Assembly (NCBI RefSeq): GCF_009914755.1
Contig: NC_060942.1
Source: the human T2T-CHM13v2.0 reference genome, Homo sapiens
Direction: 5' to 3' (one strand)
Length of the DNA stretch: 64,000 nt
Shown one piece after another: positions 24,970-36,455 of the stretch (within the stretch, counting starts at the first letter, position 1; the number at the start of each line of letters is the position of its first letter). The position numbers and the translations under genes were made by a program. The notes under the pieces were generated by a model. That model worked only from the letters and a program-made list of their open reading frames with translations. It ran no database searches and was not told the origin of the DNA.

Positions 24970-27689
24970 CTTTGTGGATTTATCTACCTTTGGTCTTTGA
25001 TGTTGTTGACCTTCAGATGGGGTCTTTGAGTGAATGTGCTATTTCTTTCTGTTTGTTAGTTTTCCGTCTAACAGTCAGGCCCCTCTGCTGAAGGTCTGCT
25101 GGAGTTTGTTGGAGGTCCACTCTCAACCCTGTTTGGCTGGGTATCACCAGCAGAGGCTGCAGAACAGCAAAGATTGCTGCCTGTTCTTTCCTCTGCAAGC
25201 TTTGTCCCAGAGGGGCACCTGCCAGATGCCAGCCAGAGCTCTTCCGTATGAGGTGTCTGTCAGCCCCTCCTGGGAGGTGTCTGCCAGTCAGCATACACGG
25301 GGATCAGGGACCCATAGCAGAGCTCGAACACTGTGCTGGGAGGTCCGCTGCTCTCTTCAGAACTCAAACACTGTGCTGGGAGGTCCACTGCTCTCTTCAG
25401 AGCCATCAGGCAGGGACGTTTAAATCTGCTGAAGCTGTGCACGCAGCCACCCCTTCCCCCAGGTGCTATGTCCCAGGGATATGGAGGTTTTATCTGTAAG
25501 TCCCTGGCTTGGAGCCCACCATTTTTATGATTGTTTTTGAACTGCATGGTGGTAAGGGGATGCTCTGACAATTTTGCTTGGCAGACATTTATTCCTTGAC
25601 TTAATCCATCACCACTACAACTTCCTTCATTCCTGATTCACCAAAAATTAGGTAAATAATTATATTACTTGTTTTGATAAATCTTTCTTAAATGTATGTA
25701 TAGCTCACATTTATTTCAATGTTTAGTATGATAAGTGCTTGGAATCTTTATTTAGAAGTGTAGTGATGTTTCCTGTGACCAGAAATATGCAGTAGAAACT
25801 TAACTCTTGTTTATGTCAATTAGCCTATGGTAAAATTGGTTTCATTAAACATCATTTTGCTTCAAGTTGCAGTTTCCAAGCACTTATGGACAATAGTAAG
25901 TGAGGATTTACTATACATGTTTTCAGGTAAGACCCATTAAAGTTAATTCCCTCATAGATATGCTATAGTTACTCTGCTTTATTTATCTAGCTCTAGTGGA
26001 GTTTCTTGACTGGGAATCCTGAACACTTTTTGTTTAAGCTTATTTATAAAGTGTTATGTCCACTTTCATTTTCTTTATAAAATGACAATTATACTTCTTC
26101 TGTTGCACTTCCTTGCATTAATTATCCCAATACATGCAACTGAAGAAGGAAGCAGGGGATGATTAGGGGCCGCAGAGTGAAGCGGCCACCATGGTACCAT
26201 GTTTGGTTCCACGTGGACTGCTCCAAGAGTTCAGTTTCATCAATTCTCCCTGAACTGATAAGACAAATTTGTCAAGCCCACAAGACACTGTTTAAAAACA
26301 AGAATGCCAGTTTATTAATTTAAATTAGAGTGTACATCAATAGCTCGGCCCATTAGCCAGGGCAAACCTTTTCCAATAAATCAGACATTCAGGAAGTGAA
26401 TCAGAAAAATCTATTTAGTGAGCATAAAATAATAGATCATTGGATGTTCTTGAAAAATATTTCACTCGGATTGTAGGAAAGTCTATCAATTCCCCATTAT
26501 AGAGAAACTCTCTTCAGAGACAGAGTACTTAAGCCTGCTAAATTAATATTCCTTTCTTTCTCCCCCTAGAAGAATGTTGCATATGCATATACATTCTGCC
26601 TGTCCACTTCTTTTTAAAAGACAGGAAGAAAGTGATTCCACATAATAAAGCATAAATTGATGCACATTTCTGAGTAGATTGCAACACTATATGTATCATT
26701 GTCATTCAAGCTGAATTTGTATTTTGTATATATCTGTAAGTAGTCACCAAATGTTATCTACTATTATTATAGTTTTGTATATCAGTGCCTATCATGGGCC
26801 TAAGATAACTGTCTACTATAATCTTTGTATAAATCAAAATTTTCCCAGGTTCACATCTGGGTCAAATAATCTATTTTGTAGACTAACTTTCCTACTAAAG
26901 TATCATTATTAAGCAATGCATTGTCATGTACATAAAGAAAATGTAGATTATGCTTTATTTCTCGGGTTTATTAACATTTTCTACATCGCTTTAATGTCCA
27001 TAATATTTGTAAATTTAATTTAAATGATGGAATTATGTTTATGAGTCATCTGAAGAATGTGTACTAAATTTGAGTCTGAATTCTCTTATGACTATAATCA
27101 TGATTTATCATCTGCTAGGTTCATGATTTTATTCTAAGCAGGCTAAGAGAGGTGAGTAAATATTAGGAATAAAAATTACATCATTCTACTCTTTATACAT
27201 ATGTAAAATGTAATAAGAATGACAGTTTAAATTAATTCAATTGGAATCCTAAAACCACGTCTAGAAAACGGACTTGGCATTCATTCATTCAAATGTGTTC
27301 GTACATTTTAAAACTAAGTCATCTAGTTTACTCTATTGCACAAGATTACTCATGAATAAGCCAAATATTTTCAACCTGAGGATATTTTATTGTAACCAAC
27401 GTAGATATTCGTTGGTTATCACCTCAGGATCCACTCTTATTTCTCACCAACATTACTCAGATTTTCCATAAGGAGTTTACTCCATCCAAGTCCTCAGCCA
27501 TGTAGTTGGGGGTAAGGTGAATCCCATCTCCAGCCTTTGAACTAAGCCCTGTGATTTGTTCATGAATGCAGACTTGTCCAATTTTGAACCAATAAAGAGA
27601 AAAATTCTATGATGTGGATAGCTATGATCATTGATCTTTGTCCTTTTAGATAAAATTTAAATGTGTGAGGCTTGGGAATGCCTTAGGTA

Positions 27690-28153
27690 TAGGGGTAGAA
27701 TGTGATGTTTTGATATATGTCTATAATGCGGAATGGTTAAATCAAGGTAACTAAAAGAGCCACCAGCTCACCTATCTTTTTTTATGGTGATACATTTGAA
27801 ATTTACTCTTGGTTATTTTGAAATATACAATACATTGTTATTGACTGTAGTCACCCTGCTATGCAACAGATCTCAAAACCTATCCCTCCTATCTATCTGA
27901 AACATTGTACCCTTTCATCAGCAACTCTCATTCCCTTTCTTCCCACCACACTTCTCTACCCCAGCCTCCAGTAACCACCAGTCTACTCTATTTCTATGGT
28001 GTAACTTCATTAGATTTCACATATAAATGAGATCATGTGGTATTTGTCTTTTTGTGACTGGCTTATTTTCCTTAATACAGTGTCCTCCAGATTTACCCAT
28101 ATTTTCACAAATGACAGGACTTCCCCCTTTTTAAGGCTAAGTAGTATTCCATT

Positions 28154-28192
<39 letters not shown>

Positions 28193-29810
28193 TGTGTATG
28201 TGTAGTATAGTATATAGTACATATAGAATAGTATTCCATTTTTTTGCGTGTGTATATATATAGCTTAGTGTGTATATATAGTATATATATATAATATTCC
28301 GTTGTGAGATATATATATATATATCGCATTTTCTTTATCCATTCATCTGTTGATGGGCACTTGCATTGATTTCATATCTTGGCTATTGTGAATAATGCTG
28401 CAATGAACATGGGAGTGCAGATATCCCCCTGACATAATTTATTTCAGTTCCTTTGGATACATACCCAAAAGTGGAATTGCTGGATCATATGGTAGTACTG
28501 TTTTTAGTTTTTTCAAGAACCTCCATACCATTTTCCATCATGGCTATACTAATTCACATTCCCACCAACACTGTGCAAGAGTCCCTTTTTCTCCACATCC
28601 TCTCTAACACTTATCTCAGTGATATCTCATTGTGGTTTTATTTTGCATTTCCCTAATGATTAGTAATGCTGAGCATTTTTTCATGTACTTCTTCACCATT
28701 TGTATGCCTTCTTTTGAGGAATATCTGTTCGAGCTTTGCTCATTTTTTAATTGAGTGGTTTTCTTGCTATTGAGTTTTTCAAGTTGTTTCTTTTATATTT
28801 TGGATATTAACCCCTTATCATATGTACGGTTTGAAAATATGTTCTCCCATGCTGTGGGCTGTTTCTTCATTTTGTTAATTGTTTCCTTCACTGTGCAGAA
28901 GATTTTTAGTTTGATATCATCCAATTCATCTATTTTTGTTTTTGTTACCTGTCCTTTTGGGATCATATCTCAAAAATGATTGTTCAAGTCAATGTTGCGG
29001 AGCTTTTCCTCTACGTTTTCTTCTGGTAGTTTTACAATCTGAGGTCTTATACTTGAGTCTTTAACCCATATTGAGTTGACTTTCATATATAAGGGTCTAA
29101 TTTTTTTTTGCATGTCAATATTCAGTTTTCCCAACACCATTTATTGAAGAAGCTCTCTTTTTCCATTGTGTTTCCTTGTGCTATTGTGAAAAATCAATAG
29201 ACTAAGAATGCAGGGGTTTGTTTTTGGGTTTTCTTCCTGTTGCTTCAGTTGATGTGTCTGTTTTTATACAAATACCATGGTTTTTAAATAACAATTGCGT
29301 TATAATATGTTTTGATGTCAGAAAATGTGATACCTCCGGTTTTGGGGTTTTCTGTTCAAGACTTTCTTGCCTATTTGAGGTCTTTTGTGGTTCCATGTGA
29401 ACTTAAGAATATTTTTCTATTTCTTTGAAAAATAATATCGAAATTTGTATAGGGATTACATTTAACCTCTGGATTGCTTTGAATAGTACCGACATTTTCA
29501 CATTGTGAATTCTTCCCATTCATGAACAATGGTTATCTTTCGGTTTATATGTGTTTTCTTCAGTTTCTTTTGCCAGTGTTTTATAGTTTTCAGTGTACAG
29601 GTCTTTTACATTCTTGGTCAAATTTATATCTAAATATTTAAATTTTTGTTACTATTGTAGGTGGCTTTGCTTTCTTAATATCTTTTTCAGATAGTTAATT
29701 ATTTAAATATAGAAATGCTATTGATTTTTGTTTGTTGATATTGTATTCTGCAACTTTACTGAATTTATTTATCACTTCTAACAGCTTTTTGGTAAAGACT
29801 TAGTTGTTTT
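27690..29810 (-). mobile_element. L1MA (MA5-7-like) 3' portion
   Basis: ttttgaaatatacaatacattgttattgactgtagtcaccctgctatgcaacagatctc 3'UTR followed by antisense ORF2 sequence. Confidence 0.92.
28156..28325. repeat. (GT)n and (TA)n microsatellites inside L1MA
   Basis: (gt) run at 28156-28188 followed by TA-rich runs. Confidence 0.9.
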
Positions 29811-30129
29811 TTGACCAGCAGGGGAATCACCATGTAGTTCCTAAGGATAAAGCTGGCATAAGTGAAGGCAGAGCAGAGAGAGATAATCCAGATGTTAGTG
29901 ATATTGTTTAAACAGCTGAGTAAAGCTTCATCCAGAGCTAGTTGTACCACTGGATTTTTAAGATGTAAAGCCAATGTACATTTAGTTCATTTGTTTATTT
30001 TAGCTTTTTTATTTTGTTTTCTATTCCATGCAACCAAAAGATTTCTTACTGACACAGGAACTGACAGACTTGATTTCAGTATTACATGGAGTTATTATCT
30101 ATACGTATTTAAGAAGAAACAGAGTAGAA

Positions 30130-30810
30130 ATTCATTTCTGCATTTAACAAATGTTTATTGAGTACCTATTTATTCCAGGGAATGTAGTAGTACTGAGGAT
30201 ACAGGGAGTAAACAAAACCTGTCACAGAATATTCTTCTTACATTCTAGCAAGCAAGAAGATTTTTAAAACTAATTACACATTAATTCATTCATCTTAATT
30301 TTGAAAGGGCTGTAAGGAAGAGGAACAAAATCTCATGGAGGTTTATAAAGGTGAAATAGATCTATTCTGGGGTAAATTAACTTCCTAGGGCTGCCATAAC
30401 AAACATCCACACACTGAAAACAGCAGAAATTTATTCTCTCACAGTTCTGGAAACTGAAAGTCTGAAATCCAGGTGTTGGCAGGACCATACTCTCCGTGAA
30501 GGCTCTAAGGAAAAGTCCTTTTCTGCCTCTTTCTAGCTTCTGGTGGTTGCCAACAAACCTTGACATTCCTTGGCTTGTAGCTCCATCACTCTGATCTCTT
30601 CCTGCATTATCATATGGCCTTCCTCCTTGTGTGTCATTATGTCTCCAAATCTCTTTCATGATGGGGTTAGGACTTCAACATATCTTTTTGGGGAGACACA
30701 ATTTAATCCACAACAGGGGTTTAGGGAAGACTTCTCTGAGGAGATCATCTTGAGCTGACATCTAAGGATGAACCTGAATTTCTAAGGCAGGAACAATGAG
30801 AATGTGTATT
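30130..30810 (-). mobile_element. L2 3' region, interrupted by MLT1
   Basis: catttaacaaatgtttattgagtacctat...; resumes agggaagacttctctgaggag after the LTR. Confidence 0.75.
30372..30716 (-). mobile_element. MLT1B/C solo LTR (internally deleted)
   Basis: ttcctagggctgccataacaaa...ggggttaggacttcaacatatcttttt-ggggagacacaatttaatccacaaca. Confidence 0.88.
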
Positions 30811-31839
30811 CCAGCTATATATTGCTTTTGTTGCTTTTCCATTATTCTGCCTTCATCCATCATTACTCCTGTATTATCTTTTAGTCTTCCATCTGGAAGC
30901 CCAACATTTTAATGAGAAGAAATTGTGGAAGGGCGTCTCCTAATGATGGTCATGATGGCATCTCTTGGGCAGTTACAGAGCCAAATGATAAATGAAGCCT
31001 GTATGTGTTTGTATTCGCTAAGAATATTTTTCTAAAGCTTTTGTTTAGAATGAGATAGGATTAGATTATGTTTTTTAATGTAACTATGCACTGTAAGTGG
31101 CAGAGGAATTTGGAATATCTCTTTTTTCCTCAAGCATAAAACTGTATTTAATTGTTATTTTAATTTTGGAAGAAATACACATATAATCTATTTTCTACCT
31201 TGATTTTCACTGATAATGTTAAAGTATTAGCACATAAAATTTATTAATTGCAGGAAATAATTTAAAATTTTCTCTACTAAATGTTCTCAACACAAAATTT
31301 CAATGCACTGCTATTAACATTTCCAAAGGAACCCTGAGTTTAGCCACTTAAATCAGTGAGTTCTTTTACTGACTAAGAGCTTTTATTCAGAACACAATCT
31401 TTCCACATAACCTTGCGTCCTTCTCCCTCACACCCTAGGAGCTGAATTCAATTTTTTCTTCCACAGATTACTTGTGCATTGGGTTTATTCAACACTTTAC
31501 TACTTACTGACCATGAAAAAAATAAACTAACATCAACTTTTAGAAAAAAAATTGTGAGTTATTATTTTTCATTTGTAATAAAGACAATAGATGGAATCTT
31601 TTTCGATTATTTGAATAAATTTTACTATGAATACAAAAACATTTTTTAGGCCATGAAACAGAAATATTTAAAAGATTGCATGTGTATGGAATCTCACTAT
31701 TATTTATTAAATCAGGTATTTTATCACACATTTCGCTGTCTAATTTTTACAACTTTACTTCATTGGTGGAAAGCTGAGGCCCAAGGTTGCATAGCAAGTA
31801 GATATGCTGAAGTAGAGAATAAAAATTTAGGTTTGACTA

Positions 31840-32332
31840 TGAAACCTGCTCAATTTTCCCATAGAACTGATGTTTATGGTTCCTTCTGAATAAACATAAA
31901 AAGTGTCCCTCCTAGTCTTCAAACTTGAGAAATTTACAATTGTTTTATCTGAGTTCCTTTCTCTGGAAACTAATCATCAGGTTACCCAGATAGTATCAAG
32001 GAGCTGAAACTTACCAGACCACTGCATCTAAAAAATAAAGAGCCAAACCTCTTACCCATCGTGATTGCTAATTCAATCACTTGCTTCCTCTTGACCAATT
32101 CCTCTTCCTTACCACTCCTTAATTCCTCTTTTTCTGCATCTAGTTACATTTTTGCTACAAAACCCCCTAATTTTAGTCAAACAGGGAGATGGGAGTTGAG
32201 ACTGATCTCTCATCTCCTTGGCTGTGGCACCCAAATGGGTCTTCTTCTCTGGCAGTACTGGTTGTTTCAGTGATTAGCTTTCTGTGCACTGAATAGCAGG
32301 ACCTACACTGAACTCCTGGTATTTTGGTAACA
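31840..32332 (+). mobile_element. ERV1 (MER4-group, LTR54/MER67-like) solo LTR
   Basis: TG...CA ends (tgaaacctg / ttttggtaaca), 4-bp flanks acta/acca, cccatagaactgatgtttatgg motif. Exact family uncertain. Confidence 0.8.
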
Positions 32333-32424
32333 ACCATCTTTAATGAAAACTTAATTTTTCATTAATGCCATTTAAATTTTTCCCAGTGTTTTATACAGAG
32401 AAACTAGCTGTTAAATACTTAAAC

Positions 32425-32722
32425 TTTGTTTCTTTCTTTTTTTTTTTTTTTTTTTTTGTGTCAAGCTACCCCTCTGTTGCACAGGCTGAATTGCACTGCA
32501 GCCTCAAACTCCTGGGCTCAAGCAATCCTCCTACCTCAGCCTCTTGAGTAGCTAGGATTACAGGCATGCACCTCCATGCCCAGCTAATATATATATTTTT
32601 TTTCTAGAGACAGAGTCTCACTATATTGCCCAGGCTGATTTCAACCCTCAGGCCTCAAACAATCCTCCTGCCTCAGCCTCCCCAAGTGTTGGGATTCAAA
32701 GTGTAAACTACCATGCCCAGCC
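32425..32722 (-). mobile_element. AluJ
   Basis: cactgcagcctcaaactcctgggctcaagcaatcctcc J-type motif; TSD tacttaaa. Confidence 0.93.
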
Positions 32723-33009
32723 TACTTAAATGTTTTTAAAAGTATATGTTATCTCCTCTTTAACTTGATATTCCATAGCTCTTAGGGGATTACTTTAAGT
32801 TATTTGCTCCCATAAAACTAATGTTCCAGGAACACATCTTCCTTCTCATTGGTAATGAGCATATTTAGCCCCTACTATGTATAAAACACTGGACTAAATG
32901 TTGATATCATTGAAAGCACAGAACACTGAATTTTGCCATCAAGGGATTTATAATCTATAAAGGAAGTCAAGACACATAAGGTTATTATCTAACTTAAAAT
33001 TCTTAATTT

Positions 33010-33330
33010 ACTTACTATTGTCCCTAGGATCAGGTCTAAACTCCCTAAAAGACTGCATGATCTAGTCTCACTTCAGCCATTCAGCTTTACTCTTTTCCAT
33101 CAGTGACCCCTTTTCCTTACCCCAAATTCTAATATATAGCCATAATGAAATTCAGGCTCCTGCACCTCTATTGCTACCCTCTGCAATGTCTTTGGGACCT
33201 CTAGCAATCATTTGGTCAGGTTTGCTCCTACCATCCTTGACTAAATTATGAGCTACATGGGTGTAGGTATCATGTCTTCTTTGTCCACTTTGGTAGTACT
33301 TGGAATATAAAATATGTTCAACTGTTTATA
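33010..33330 (+). mobile_element. L2 3' fragment
   Basis: taggatcaggtctaaactcc...actaaattatgagctacatgggtgtagg. Confidence 0.5.
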
Positions 33331-34222
33331 GACCAAAAAAGATCTAAAAAATCTGGTTGGTTGCTTGGTTAGCCAGTCAGTTTTCCAAATAAATTCATCC
33401 TTTGAGAAATATATTTTATATAAGTAAGTATAGTGTTTCTATAATCATGTCTACATTAGGGAAAAAATTTGTAATGTCTTTTTGTGTCAAAGAAGACTTT
33501 TTAACATCGTTATAGATAATTTTTTAAACTAATTTTATGTAATAAAAGAGAGTTACTTTCTGTCATTAAAAGTTTTATGGACTGATCATACAACTTCAGA
33601 CTCTGAATTAATTAAAGTCATATTTATCTGTTTCTTCTAATTCTTCATCCCATGTAACATTCATTTAGAAACACTAAGGTATTTAATTGATCTGTGAATT
33701 ATACTCTCTCATAACTGTAAGTATACTAGTTAATATTGATGTGACAGCGCAATACAGTATAATTCCAGCTTCAGAATTTTTTGGTGAAACCAAATTGTAA
33801 AGTTTTAAACTACTCTTTAATGCTTTTTATATTTTCTAGAGGTTAGCATTGTGTTTCTTTTAAATAAAGAACTATTATATGCCCGGGCATGAGGCGACCA
33901 ACTTTCAGCTGCAATATTCAGTATCTCCAACAAATGTTTAAATGAGATTACTCTGCCTTACGCTGAGATCTCAAAGTCTAAGAACAACACAATTGACACC
34001 AAATATTTTTAGATCTTAGAGTGAGAGATTAAATGCAAAACATGCTACTCAATTGTGAAACTGGCTTTGCCAACTTTAGATCACTCACTCTTTGTTTAAG
34101 AGGAAAGAAGAGACCACCTTTGGAGAAAGTCCCTGAAATGCTAAAATCTTTCCTCTCATTACAAGCTAAAGTAAGAAGATCCTGGAAAATAAGGAGTCCA
34201 AGAGAAAGTGAGTTTGGGAATA

Positions 34223-35156
34223 GTTGTTGGTGGGCTACATGTATCTTCCACCCTCAACCATTCCCTTCAGGGATATCATAAACATAAACTGCCAGAGGGG
34301 CTTCTCAGAGATCACTCTGAGAGCCTGGTGAGTGTCCCATGGAATTTTGGCCTGAAGTCAGCAAGGAAAACAAAAAAGTAGAAGGAAACAGTGCCTTAAC
34401 AAAAAATGGGGCAAGAAAGCATCACTTTTCTCTTGGGCCAAGATAATCTTTGGGAAAACACAAACCTGAGTCCATTGTAAATAAAAGGAACTCTGCTCAA
34501 GAATGTTACTTTTCTAGAGAACAAAGGAATCCCAATAGGGATCATCTGTGTGGACTGGAAAGCCAGAACGACGGCAGGTGTAGGGAGAGCAAAAAATGGC
34601 CCTTATAAGAGAAACATTCCCCTGGACCAGGGACACCACTGAAAGATCTCCAGAAAATAAAAAGTTTTAAAAAATGCACTCATAAGAAAAAAGAGTCAGC
34701 AACTGTGCATCAGACCCCAAAGAAACAGCCAAGGGCCATGCAATATGGTGCTTTCTCCCCTAATGCTTCTTTCCTTGAGCTCAATCCTAGTGGGATCAAA
34801 AATGCTGCCTAGTAGACAGAGGACATCTATGAAACTAGGATCAAAGAGGGAAAAAAAAGAAACAAGAAGAAACTCCTGTTCTCTGCCATCACTACAGGCC
34901 CCAAGGCCTGAGCAGGGAAAGAGGTGAAACTTCAAGTTGAGTGACTTTAATGTTTTGCTTATTATACTGGAACACACATTTAAATTGCTGAGATGAGATT
35001 TGTTCTTGTGACTAAAAATGATAAGGAAAACTATGGGGCATGTCAGAGATCTTATGTAGGAAAGATAAAAAACGAATGTATGTGGGCTAGTGTAATAGGC
35101 AAGTGGCAAAATAAAAAAAATTATACTACCAATAATTATTAAGTAAAACAATTACA
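34223..35156 (+). mobile_element. Possible ancient LTR (MamGypLTR/LTR8x-like)
   Basis: GC-richer block with gagatttgttcttgtgactaaaaatgataaggaaaactatggggcatg and aataaa near a CA end. Resemblance from memory only. Confidence 0.35.
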
Positions 35157-35459
35157 TATTTATCAATCATTTAGTATGTACCAAATAGTGCTAGGTAACA
35201 TAGTTCTATGGATATCAATAGCTATATCTGACTATCTTCCCTTCAAACCCCTTGGAAGATGACATTATTACATGCTTTTACAAACACAGAAATAGAGGAG
35301 TTGACTTGTACAAGTTATTCAGATATTACCATGCAGAGGTAAAATTCCCACACATGCTGCCTCTATGAGGCAGAGTTCAGAGTGGTATGAAGTGATGATG
35401 TAGATATTTGTCATTCCATTTCCAGCTCTGAAATGCCCTCCTACAGTACATATGATCTA

Positions 35460-35640
35460 ATAATAACGGCACCTACATTAAGCATATGCACTAAGTACGT
35501 TATATATTAACTCTAATACCCAAAACTCCACAAAAGGACATTGATTTTATTTTGTAGATTTACTTGACAAGTTTGAGTAACCTGCTTGAGATTTCACAGC
35601 TAGTAAGAGTTCACAGTTCTTAGAACTGTGCTGTTTCTAC
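35460..35640 (-). mobile_element. MIR fragment (further weak MIR pieces nearby at about 35160-35350 and 35745-35920)
   Basis: gtttgagtaacctgcttgagatttcacagctagtaag. Confidence 0.6.
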
Positions 35641-36141
35641 TACTCTATCTGTATTGTTAAGATAAATTTCCTGACATAGGATATAGAAGCTACAGATGTT
35701 GTCAAACTACAGGTGTTGTCAATCAAGTTTAAATGACAAATTGCCCATTTAATGATATGTTTAAATAAATTAAATTATTTTCACATCCTTAACACCTGAG
35801 CTATATGGGGTAACTATCATTGTTTACAGTCTACTGATAACTGAGGCCCCCTGCAGACTGAAATATTCATAGACACAAAGTGAGTTAATGACAGAGATGA
35901 AACTAGAAAATATCCTGATTTTCCTGTCTTGTTTATTTCATAATATTATGCATAATAATGGAGATTACTGGATAAACATGGATAGGTACCCAGGCAGTGG
36001 TTGTCGCAACTAAAATGGTGAGAAAAAGAGAACTTTAGTTAAATGTCCTTCTTCAAAATAGTAGGAAAGAACTGTGTAGTTGTAGTTAACTCACTCTCTT
36101 GAACACGGGCAGTGAAAGTCTGAATATGAAAAATTATAGTA

Positions 36142-36455
36142 GGCTGGGCACGGTGGCTCACACCTGTAATCCCAGCACTTTGGGAGGCCGAGGTGGTTGG
36201 ATCACTTGAGGTCAGGAGTTTGAGACCAGCCTGGCCAACATGGTAAAACCCTGTCTCTACTAAAAATACAAGAATTAGCCGGGCATGGTGGCATGTGCCT
36301 GTAATCCCAGCTACTAGGGAGGCTGAGGCATGAGAATCGCTTGAACCCGGAGGTGGGGGTTGCAGTGAGCCGAGATCATGCCACTGCACTCCAGCCTGGG
36401 ATGACAGAGAGCTAGACTCCATCAAAAAAAAAAGAGAGAGAGTGAGAGAGAGAGG
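36142..36455 (+). mobile_element. AluSz-like with A/(GA)n tail
   Basis: gatcacttgaggtcaggagt motif; TSD aaaattatagta at 36130-36141 and 36456-36467. Confidence 0.95.

Larger units (their letters stand above)
19807..25511 (-). mobile_element. Near-full-length L1PA7/8-like element (about 5.7 kb, part of the 5'UTR missing)
   Basis: 15-bp TSD gagcccaccattttt at 19792-19806 and 25512-25526; 3'UTR, ORF2, ORF1 and partial 5'UTR in order. Confidence 0.97.
19381..25913 (+). mobile_element. MER6 (TcMar-Tigger non-autonomous element), split by L1 into 19381-19806 and 25512-25913
   Basis: TA|caacaggtccttgaat start and agtgaggatttacta|TA end; internal ggggccactgtctgtttggagtttgcacattctcc motif. Confidence 0.88.
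27400..30056 (+). mobile_element. Old ERVL/MaLR-type LTR (LTR33/MLT1-like), split by L1MA into about 27400-27690 and 29810-30056
   Basis: ctcagccatgtagttggggg...cccatctccagc on the left; gcagagcagagagag...tgcaaccaaaagatttcttactgacaca LTR end on the right. Confidence 0.5.

Noticed and set aside
27375-27428. Hairpin cctgagg...taaccaacg-8nt-cgttggtta...cctcagg as a possible pre-miRNA
   Set aside because: Only a 9-bp inner stem with a large asymmetric bulge, at the edge of an old LTR; too short for a Drosha substrate.
33879-33890. 12-bp palindrome atgcccgggcat
   Set aside because: Isolated 12-bp palindromes are expected by chance many times in 64 kb.
34696-35151. 151-aa hydrophobic ORF
   Set aside because: Non-ATG start, composition follows T-rich strand bias in a probable old LTR, and no domain similarity recognised.
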